From positions 21,288,534 through 21,352,533 of the forward strand of contig CM120644.1 in NCBI GenBank assembly GCA_051362555.1: a stretch of 64,000 nt of DNA, read 5' to 3'. Shown in pieces: positions 12,887-22,660 of this stretch; position 1 is the first letter of the stretch, and the number at the start of each line of letters is the position of its first letter. The DNA comes from Lingula anatina. Taxonomy: Eukaryota > Animalia > Brachiopoda. The notes below the pieces were generated by a model. That model had not been told where the DNA came from and searched no databases. It was given only the letters and a program-made list of their open reading frames with translations. The position numbers and the translations under genes are program-made.

Positions 12887-15800
12887 GTGTATATATATAT
12901 ATATGGACATCCATGGTACTGGGTCCCAGATTTAAGCCTTGTTTGAGTGTCATTTTCAGCTATGAATTAAAAATTTTAAAATACTCAGCATTGATTTGAA
13001 ACTCAAAATTTTGTTATAATTAGATAAATCCATCCCCTGTATCACATGAAAGCACCCACACTGTAATCCAACACATAAAAATATTTTGAAAGACTTTCAA
13101 ATATGATAACCCATTGTTGTTAGCCAGTATCATGGACATATATATATATATATATATATTTTTTTTTTTTTTATTGACATATATATATATTTTTTTCTCT
13201 TTCTTTAAATCAAGTATGATTTTAGTTATTGTATACAAATTTTCTAAATGATGTCCCTTTCCATATAATTTTCAGAGCCTCGTAGACTTAACACCAGCCA
13301 GTTCCACATACAGGAGGTTTCCGATTCTAATAGAATAGTTATCAGGGTTACTTGGAATGTGAGTTTTATATTAAGAATGAAAATTAAGAAAAAACTTAAA
13401 CAATACAGTTACATGCAGTTATCTTGAAAGTAAACTGAAGAAGTAAATTGTGTCGTAAGGTCCTTCTAAATTAACATTTTTTAACATTTAAATTTATATG
13501 TGATATGTTTAATATTTGGCTTTTTAAGAAAATAACTGATCAAGACTGGAAATGCCGGGATGGAAGAGAGATTGAAATCAGGTATAAGAATGGAACTGAT
13601 GCTGGCGAGGTAACACAAACTGTTGCAGCCAATGCAAGGTACAAAGATTTTGACACTGCTGCCTGCACACACTGGAGCATCCAGATAAAGCTTTCTAACC
13701 AAAAGGACAATTCTGGCTTTTCAAGGCCAAACTCCATAACAATTTCAAGAGGTTTGTTGACAAAACATCCATGTTTATTTATTTGTTAATTTGTATCTTA
13801 TTGTGACCTTAAAATTTGCCTTTGACCTACATGTACTTTTCATCATGAACAGAACTTTGCAAGGTTTCAATCCCAATATCTCCAAAACTAACAGAGATAG
13901 GTCCATAGTTACCATTGAACTTTAATAGGAAGTCATATACTGGCAACCTAAATGTGACCTTGAAATTGACCTTTGACCAACTTTTCACTATGAACTGAAC
14001 TTTGCAAGGTTTCCATCCCAAATCTCCAAAACCGGCAGAGATATATATAGTGAATGGCCATAGTTGCTATTGAACTTGAGTAGGAAGATACACTGGCAAT
14101 CTAACTTTGACCTTGAAGTTGACCTTTGACCTACTTTTTGCCGTGAACCGCACTTCACAAATTTGGATTTAAACTTTTTCTGTACCCCATGATTTTGTTT
14201 TAAATGGTGATTTTCAACAAAAATATTGGGATATCGTGTTTACTGCATTTTGTAGAGCTTGTCAACTACAACACTGTAGGTCCTAGTCTTAGGTCCTCCT
14301 GTCCAAGCTAGGACATTGGGCGTCAAACTTTTTCCAACTTGTTCGGTCGGCAGCCGCCCTTTCTATCTCCTCCCACCTGATGTTGCCTCTTTGCAGATCA
14401 TTCTGGAGGTGGTGTCCCTTTATTTTGGTTTTCCATACAAAAGTGCTTACTCCAGCTGGTGGTACAACACTCAGAGGCAGTATCGCCTCTCTGATCCTCT
14501 AGTTTATTTAAATGGAGTCTCTTGCTTGTGCACTCGACTTGTTTTTATGGCCGTACCTGTAATTATATAATGCAAGTGGACGTATGCAATTTGAGTAATT
14601 AAAATTAGTATGCACCATGAAATAATGCAGCATTGAATCCACCTTAGATAAGAAATTTGTATGTGTATTCAGAGGTAATATCTGGGAGTTCAAAGAGAGG
14701 AGATTTGATGGTGACTGCATGGAAGAATTAGGAAGACAGACACATGGGAGACGGTACAGAAGTTGGAGACTTCATGTACTAGTAGATCATGTACCTAGTA
14801 AGCATCATCAAATAAACCGTTAAACTGGTCATTATGTGTCCTTGGGTTTTTTTTTTGAGTGACTTTATGTAAAGCTGACATGAACCATGGAATTGTGGAT
14901 TGCATTTTGCGCATTATAAAAAGTTATCATTACATAGGTTTGAAAAAATTTCATTACTCTATGATTTGATTAATATTTGATTAATAATGATGATTGTGCC
15001 TGAAGTGACATGTAGTGGTGTAAGACATGAAGCTGAGTGGTCATTTTTAGCTGGAGGTGAAGGGGAGTGAAGATGTAGGCTCAGAGAAAAAAGCAGTGGT
15101 TACAATCTGAGCCACCTGATGGCAAATGCCAATTTTCTTTTGTGAGACCTAACTTAATTACCATATCAAATTACATGTATGGTACAAACATGTGTGTACT
15201 AGAAGTCCATCCAAAGGACCCATAAGGTTCTGAGATAATTTGGAAAACAGTTTTCAAGGGTAAAGTACATTTATTTTAGAAAAATGCATATACTAAAGCT
15301 AGAATAAGACAAATGTATGTGACTGTGTATATTCTAGTGGAGCCCAGTGAAGTCCCTGTCTTGACCACCCAGCAACTAAATGACCAAGGGTCAATAAAGT
15401 TCATGTGCTCTGGTCAGCTTGGACGTCCAGCTAAGGGGATCACGTGGTACCAGACTCTGAACTATCAGCAACAAAATAGGACCTCAGATGCCCAGTCAAG
15501 TGATCCCGTCCTGAATAGTGATGGCTGCACATATAATGGACAGAGTGAGCTAAGAGCAGATGTCTCAGCCTCTGATGATGGCACACAGTTTACATGTATG
15601 ATTGGACAAAAGTGGGCCAGTGTGTCACTGAGTATGTATTAGATAAAATGTAACAACAATTTTGGGCACTGCCACCATTTTTACCATTTTAGGAAAACCA
15701 TGTCACTTATTAATTATTCTCAAACTTACAGGAAAGAAACATAGGACTTAAATACAGCTTTTTGTGAAATTTTCATTTTTCATATACTGGCATTTTCAAG

Positions 15801-18800
15801 GTGTGAGTTTGATCTTCCATGGGCTTAAAACCTTTGCTAGTCACACTTTTGAATATCCATGATAGTTATATTTTATGATTAAAAATTGCAATATTTCAGC
15901 TGCTGCCAGCAACCCTAAGATCACTTACATCTCCACAGGTGCTCTCTCCATCATAGACTCAGCAATGGACAGTGTGGAGTTTGTCAAAGGTTCAGCCGTC
16001 ACTCTCATTTGCTCAGCCACTGGTCACCCTCAACCTAACTTCAAATGGTTATATTGGGAAGAGTTATCCAACACCAGAGAAGTACTAAATGGAGACCGCG
16101 ATAACCCCTCAGTGCTTTATCTAGATCACATTCAGCAACCTGGATACTATGAGTGCCAGGCCAGTAACATTGTGAACCAGTTACATGGTTTACCTAGCAC
16201 GGTCCTGAAAATCACACTATCAGGTAAATGATAGTAGTTGTAAATTAAGGGGTGTCATTCCCAAGGGCACCTTTTGTGCTACAATTTTGTCGATGTCGCT
16301 TTCACTGTTGCCGCAGCTGTCGCTGTCCGACACATGATATTCCCTTGATTAACTTTCAAACCGTACATTTGTTTTACTTTGAATTTACTGAGTGGCTTTG
16401 TGTGGTAAAAAGGAAGGTTACTTTCGAAAAGCAGCATGATATACAGTAATTATTTAAAGCCGACTGAATTACTTTCTAGTTTTTTCTGTCCAAGATACCT
16501 GTAACACATAATGTAAGAGGGTAAGAGTGATTTATATGCTGTTTTAAAGCATTATGTAATAGTGCATTCGAAATTGACCAAAGCATTATTTGGTGCACTC
16601 TTTTCTGCATCTGAATGTCTGAATATTTGTCAGCTTTGCTGCCTTGTTTCCTGTATGGTGTCTGTATATTTGTCAGCTTTGCTGTCTAGTTTTATGTATT
16701 AAATTTTAATTTTTCACATATTAACAATGTCAGTTGAAAATAAATCACTTGCTAGTTAATTTTCAGTGTCTATTTTATCTTAACATTTGTCAGCTTTGCC
16801 GACTTGTTCCAAATAATGCTCAGAATAAACCTGTCATGATGGTGAATACCATTTGTTTACTTGACATCATTTCAGAGCCAGCTACTGGGGCCACAGTGGG
16901 GGGTCTATTAGGAGAGGCCATAGGGGAGATGATAGGAGCCATCCTGGGGGTCACAGTGATGATTGCCTTGGCTTATGTCACCTACACCTACTGTGTCAAA
17001 AAGAAACACAAAACAAGAGGTGAAGAAAAAGGTAAATAAATTGTAAATGCTAAAACAACAACTACTGGTATGTGTGCTTCCACTATTATTGTGAAAATTT
17101 GAAAATTTTGTTGGAAAACGATTTCACTTTGAAAATCTCAAACTTGAGTATGGACCTCTCAATAATTTTAAAAAGTTCATCACCCAGTATGCATGCTATG
17201 TCAGATTCATGCATTTTGAAATATTAAAAGGATAATTACTCTTCATATGAGATCTATATTTCACAATTAAAACATTGCGAACAACTCATAGAAATTTAAC
17301 ATATTCTGTTTCACCACAAAAACAGCAGTTATAGCTATTTTTCTGATATGTGAGCTTGTCTTTAGACCATGTGACCTTCATTGATGGCTATACACTGTTA
17401 TAATCTCGTAAGAGATTATTACAATCAAACTTTTTAGAAAAAAACCAGGTACTAACTTTGAATGTTAAAATGGATTCATAAACCATTGGTAAGTATGGGA
17501 AATTGTTGTTTACTCCAGGAAAATTCATTTTTTGATCAAAATGAAGAGTTATAATCCCTTTAATTAGTTTTCAATGACAAACTTTTCAAATTTTTTTTTT
17601 GTAACTTGAACACTTAAGCTGTTTCATTTCTTCCTATTCTGCTTTGCTCATAAAACTTGCTCCCAAATTTTCCGTGATCTCCCCTCCTCCCTTTTAAAGA
17701 TGCATGTGTTTAGCCCATCTGTTTTTTCATTGTAGTGTCACAAAGAAACAATGTACATGTTGAAGCTGAAGACAGTGAGCTTCAGACCTTTCTGAGTGGT
17801 GAGGTGAATATCATACTCAAAAATGCAGGGTCTGGATTAAAAATTGGTCATAAAGTCTGAGAATTACAGTATAGTATAGTACAGTCCCTTTGTAAAGGGT
17901 TGCATGTGATAACAGCTGTTACTTTTATCTTTGAAATAAACTGAAATTTACCATTTACAGGTGAAATATTGTAGTAAGAATATCTTAATGTCAGTTGATT
18001 GTACTTTTAAAAGAATGAAGTATTAAGGATATTGTCACCCTTCACCCCAAACTTCTTATTTTCTGCCCTACATTCTTGTGAGTTATAAATAAATCTTCAG
18101 TGTTTAGTGACTAGATTATTTAACAATTTAACAACTGTGCCCTGAATACCCCGCGGCGTACTGGCAGTGCAGGGAGAAACTGGCTCGCGCTGCTAGTGAT
18201 TACGCCGCATGGTCACAGACCATGATCACAAGATACCGCGAATAGAAAATAGATTTTTAGAAAATAGACTTTCCATGTGAACGGTCCCTAAGTAAGAAAA
18301 CCAGCCTTATTCCATTCATTTTCTGGAAGTTACGCATAATTAAGACTTGGTGTTGACTTGGCTATTAAGCATAATGTATTATTGCATCAGTTTTAATAAA
18401 ATAACCTATTTTGTGCAACTTTTTTTTCTACTTTTTTAATAATATTTGTCTGAATATTTGACAGCTTTGCTGCCTTATCTTGATGTTGATATTTATATGA
18501 AATTAAACTTAAAGTTTGAGCCAATGGGAGAGCGACTGTATGCAGCGATTAAGGAGAGAGATGTGGAGATAAGATGGAATATCAAGTTGATGGAAAAGAT
18601 AGGAAACGGGGCTTTTAGCCAAGTCTTCAGGGGCAGCATTTTCAATCTAGATGGAAAACAAAATTGGAGCATTGTTGCTGTTAAAACTGCAAAGGGTAAA
18701 TATTGATTCCAACAATTTTTAATAGTTGTGATACTTTGAGTCCATTAAAAATCAGATGATTTTAGCATGTACTTCAATAAGATAAACTTATATTTGTAGA

Positions 18801-21023
18801 TACAAGTGACACTTCCCTCTACAGTGAGATTATGAAAGAACTGAAAGTGATGCTGGAACTCCAACCTCACCCAAATGTGGTCAGGCTTTTAGGATCCTGC
18901 ACTCGAGATGATGGTATGTAGACATGTTATATAATATAAATCTAATAAATTTTAAAATCACTGTAAATGAAGCACTGAATTCATATAACTGTGTTAATCA
19001 ATAGGAAAGGACAAATCAGTTGTGAGGAGTACTCACCATAAAATTAAAGTTTACTTGTTTTTTTTTTTTTTTGCAATTTCAATAGCTCCCTGTGGAACAC
19101 CTGTACATAAGTGGTAAATTGCCAACCTTAAAGTTAATTGACACATTCTTTTAGAATAAATTGAAGCGATCTATTTTAGCTGTGCCATTAATTATTGTCG
19201 AGTACCTTCCAAATGGAAATCTCCAGGACTATCTACGAAATGACCGTTCAAAACGGAAAGTGCAGTATAGGAATTTACATGGGATCAGCTCCTCCTTGAC
19301 ACCACATGATCTGATAAAGTTTGCATTAGATGTGGCCAATGGAATGTCATATCTTTCATCAATGGCGGTAAGCTAGGAAAAACAATTATTTTATGAAAAC
19401 AGATAATTCCTTCTTATTGCTTATTTTGTTCATTTTCTATATCACCAAATTTTGCCTCATAGTCAGTAAAGATCACTTTTTTATAAACTTTGAAAGAAAA
19501 TAAGATGTGCCATTATTTTCATTACAACGTGAGATCAACAGTCTCAATATTTACATTGTAGATTCTACATCGAGACCTTGCTGCGCGAAACATTTTGGTA
19601 GCAGAGGATAGAACCTGCAAGATTTCTGACTTCGGCTTTGCTAAGGATGTCATTGAAAGTCACAAGTATGAAAAACAATCGCAGGTCAGTGAATGTTTTT
19701 GTATATAAAAACCAAAAAAATATTTACTTTGCATTCTTACCTGAAACTTAGCATTAGCAATCTTGGATAATTATTTTATGATATCCATTATCAGTACTAG
19801 TACACTTCAGAAAGTGTTACCGCTAATGATTTGCATGCTTCCGGAAGACCCAGTAGACGGCCTCAATCGGCCCCTGGGTGTGTACAATTTTAAGCAGCAT
19901 AGTTAATTTAAGTATAACTGCACATTTTTGTATGCATTGTAAGGATGTGTAAATAAACTTATATAGACAGGTGTTATCATCTGACAATTGCAATAACCAC
20001 TTGACAGATAAACATGTATATGTTTTGTTAATGTTACTCTTTAATAGGGTCGCTTGCCAATTCGCTGGATGTCCCCAGAAGCTCTGTTTGACAATATATA
20101 TACCACGCAGTCTGACGTCTGGGCGTATGGAGTCTTGCTGTGGGAGATTGTCACATTGGGTAAGATTGCCTGATGGTCAAGTTCATAAAAGTCTTGGAAT
20201 GTTCTTGTTGTAAACGAAAGGTTTAGCAAGCAAGTATTATGAAATTGTGATCATGTGTCCTATTGTTCAAGGGTAATCATGTTTTTTGATGACACGTATG
20301 ACTCTGCAGTATTTTAATTTTGAGAATTACAGCTTATTATTCAATATCTGGTATCTTTTCGATAAAATGTCTTCTGTGCCCCAGGATTTTTATCAGACTT
20401 ATTTAAATGTGGTGCAAAAAGTAAGTGAATAAGGTATGAATGTTGTTAGAATTATTATTTGTTTAAATATTAATATTATTATCATTATTATTATTTGTGT
20501 AATACTTGACATTGAATTTTCATTCACACAATATGTGTACTTTTTTATTTTGATCAGAAGTTTTTAAGGGATAATTTAGTAGAGTTTCATTTCTGACATC
20601 TACAATTCTCACTGCTGCTTATATTATTAAGGTTTCAGTCCCTACCCAGGTATGTCAGCCAAGCAGGTGATGGAAGCTTTAAGTGAGGGTTACCGGATGC
20701 CACAACCACCACACTGTTCACAGGACATGTAAGTATATACAATGTTAATTTTGGGATTATATGTATACATATTTAAAAATTGCTTGGACCATGTAAAATA
20801 ATGTTTTACTTAAAGTCCCTTAATTTGTGTTACTTCTCACTTCAGGTATATCATCATGTTGTCCTGCTGGGAAGAGGTCCCAAGTTCAAGGTCAAAATTC
20901 AAAGACATTGTTAATTCCTTGGACGTCCTCCTGGCCTCGGAGAGTGATGTTCTTACTCTGGGGAAGTTTGAGGAAAAACTGTACGAGGACATTGACAACA
21001 ACAAAGTGAAAGAAAAATGTTGA
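5562..21023 (+). CDS. Receptor tyrosine kinase, Cad96Ca/Stitcher(RET-related)-type kinase domain with EGF-kringle-EGF-FN3-FN3-Ig-Ig ectodomain (18 coding exons, ~1031 aa)
   Basis: Exons 5562-5640, 11111-11266, 11612-11872, 12153-12296, 12496-12810, 13276-13358, 13529-13751, 15338-15631, 15900-16223, 16876-17031, 17736-17803, 18515-18695, 18800-18913, 19180-19367, 19562-19684, 20048-20159, 20632-20728, 20846-21023. All GT-AG and phase-compatible, total 3096 nt. Kinase motifs [37 protein letters not shown]. Confidence 0.9.
5698..6060. repeat. ~37-bp minisatellite (ttctttacatccccacaccgatactcctatcccccgc)n
   Basis: Tandem copies visible 5698-6060; inverted degenerate copies at 8130-8255. Confidence 0.9.
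7867..8024. mobile_element. Second copy of the gtccgaagg MITE (opposite orientation)
   Basis: Near-identical reverse complement of 4368-4541; TSD not preserved. Confidence 0.85.
8429..9051. mobile_element. Non-autonomous TA-targeting (Tc1/mariner-pogo-like) DNA element
   Basis: TIR ggggagaccggggctagttgg / ccagctagccccgatctcccc, flanked by TA on both sides; internal copies of ggggccaactagcccc. Confidence 0.8.
11111..11266 (+). CDS. RTK exon 2: EGF-like domain
   Basis: [43 protein letters not shown]; ttgcag acceptor, gtaagc donor. Confidence 0.9.
11612..11872 (+). CDS. RTK exon 3: kringle domain
   Basis: CYY...YAGKVS...TCNLW...NYCRNS...KPWC...YCGIQTC matches the kringle signature. Confidence 0.9.
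12153..12296 (+). CDS. RTK exon 4: EGF-like domain
   Basis: [46 protein letters not shown]. Confidence 0.9.
12496..13751 (+). CDS. RTK exons 5-7: two fibronectin type III domains
   Basis: [10 protein letters not shown]...YVLQY...[16 protein letters not shown] (12496-12810); IVIRVTWN (13276-13358) plus 13529-13751. Confidence 0.85.
13800..14505 (-). mobile_element. Truncated Helentron-type HINE copy (same family as 45342-49233) in RTK intron
   Basis: Reverse complement of the aactagaggatcagagaggcgata...gtaccaccagctggag 5' end at 14450-14505, plus ~2.5 degenerate copies of the 146-bp gaccttgaaattgacctttgacc monomer at 13800-14160. Confidence 0.8.
14278..14418 (-). mobile_element. 3' end fragment of an RTE-clade LINE
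   Basis: Minus strand encodes [37 protein letters not shown] (W...A.DR..W C-terminal motif) followed by a short taagac/taggac tail. Confidence 0.65.
15338..16223 (+). CDS. RTK exons 8-9: two Ig-like domains
   Basis: [17 protein letters not shown]...DDGTQFTCM (15338-15631); [20 protein letters not shown]...GYYECQASN (15900-16223). Confidence 0.9.
16876..17803 (+). CDS. RTK exons 10-11: transmembrane and juxtamembrane
   Basis: [23 protein letters not shown] followed by KKKHK stop-transfer (16876-17031); short exon 17736-17803. Confidence 0.8.
18515..21023 (+). CDS. RTK exons 12-18: tyrosine kinase domain and C-tail
   Basis: IGNGAFSQV...VAVK; [12 protein letters not shown]; [27 protein letters not shown]; [13 protein letters not shown]...ISDFGFAKD; [11 protein letters not shown]...[23 protein letters not shown]; CWEE...[17 protein letters not shown]. 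Confidence 0.95.
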
Positions 21024-21269
21024 GGAATATTTGAAATATTCATGGTCTCGCTTGGTCATTAGTATACATTGTAGCTTTGCCCAGTATTTGATTGTGTTTA
21101 ATGAAATATGCGTAGTGAGTATATACTGGCATTTGATGCATAATATCCAGTCTGTCAAAACAGGTTTGAAACATCCCCACAGGGACAGGAGTAGCAGTGC
21201 TGTTTGTGACATATATAGCAACCAAATAATGGTTTAATGTTTATGTAGGAAGGTTATAAGTGGCAAAGA

Positions 21270-21450
21270 GAGCATTCGGAACTGCAAACTAACAGATCTG
21301 CGGATCAAATATTGATGACCCAATTAGAATGTTTGTTGTGTGACCCGATGGGGAATGTATTCAGTGTCTAATCAGGAAATAAGCGGCAAGTTTCAAGTTG
21401 ATGGCTATATTTGATCCATGATTCTGTTAGTCTGCTGTTCTAAATGCATG
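21270..21450. mobile_element. Palindromic MITE remnant in the RTK 3' region
   Basis: gcattcggaactgcaaactaacagatc...gatcaaatat is inverted relative to atatttgatc...tctgttagtctgctgttctaaatgc. Confidence 0.55.
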
Positions 21451-21704
21451 CATAAAAACCATTTGACTCAGTAAAAGTTGCATCCTAGTATGAAGGTCTG
21501 CTTTATTCTCTGACAATGGGAGTTGGCTCAAACTGACCCAAAGTAACCCCCCTTGATTGAATGAGAAGGAGTCAACGTAACATATTAGATCCAATTTTCC
21601 TTGTTTTGACAGTCATTTCTGGTTTCTTTTTTTCTACTTTACTAAGGCTTAATTCCAGAGCATAAAATTATTATTAGCTTTTCACACTACGGCCGTATTT
21701 ATAA

Positions 21705-21917
21705 GACCCCATTCCCAGAGATTGGATCGATCCAAACTAGATCGACCTAACTCCCTGGGGGTTCACATTAAATAGCTGTCAGCCGAGCGGGCACGAAAGT
21801 TAATTACCCCTTTACAGCTTGTAGTAGGCGGGATGGACATTTAAGCCGGATTATCTGACAGTAATCTAGTAAGACTCCCCATGGGGATAGATTGATCTAA
21901 ATGTCTGGGAATACCCC
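21705..21917. mobile_element. Harbinger-like MITE (family also at 22371-22660 and 37942-38168)
   Basis: gaccccattcccaga...tctgggaatacccc ends; interior aligns in reverse with 37942-38168. Confidence 0.7.
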
Positions 21918-22370
21918 TATCTGTAACAGGCAGCACTGTGCAGGCCTTTTTTGTGTATATTGCCTCTATTGCCAGCAATGAATTATTGTCGCATATGCCA
22001 TACTTAAGTTCTGCTCTTCCTGCTTCTCAGGCATATTTAATATTTTAGAAGCCTTTACTATTTTACAAATAAAATTATAATATTTAATAAGAAAGTCTTG
22101 TGCTTTAATAGTTATTTCTTTTATTTACATTCTTCGAATGCCCTTTTTATTGATAACACATACTTGTATATATGATTCCAAATTGGTTTTTATTCATCAT
22201 GGTATACATGTCACACACTGAGTCTAGTGGAAAATGGTTCTACAATTTTTGCAAAATATTCCTGGTATGGAGATGGGCCATGTATGCAGCTTCTTAATTA
22301 TTAACTGGGATTATTGTAAGTGGACCAGCCATCCATGTTGTTTTGTGTGATGTAGACTGGTGAGATCCAT

Positions 22371-22660
22371 AGAGACCATTCCCACAGATATTGTTCTAAC
22401 TTTGGATCGATCTATCTCCTAGGAGATTCTCACTAAATTGCTATCAACTTAAGCAGCTTTAATGTCTGTCATGCCTACTTAAGCTGTTAGGGGGTAATAA
22501 AATACCGGAGGCCAAGCATGCATGAAAGTTAATTATATATAATTGCCCCCTAGCTGATTCGAAAGGTGTGGCAGACATTGAAGCCACTTAAGTTGATAGC
22601 AATTTAGTGTGAATACCTGTGGAGTTAGACCGATCCTGTTGGATCAATCTAGGCATAGGG
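22371..22660. mobile_element. Related palindromic Harbinger-like MITE
   Basis: gaccattcccacaga start; internal inverted repeat ctaaattgctatcaacttaag / cttaagttgatagcaatttag. Confidence 0.6.

Noticed and set aside
12624-13238. YIYI-rich ORFs
   Set aside because: Translations of (TA)n microsatellites in an intron
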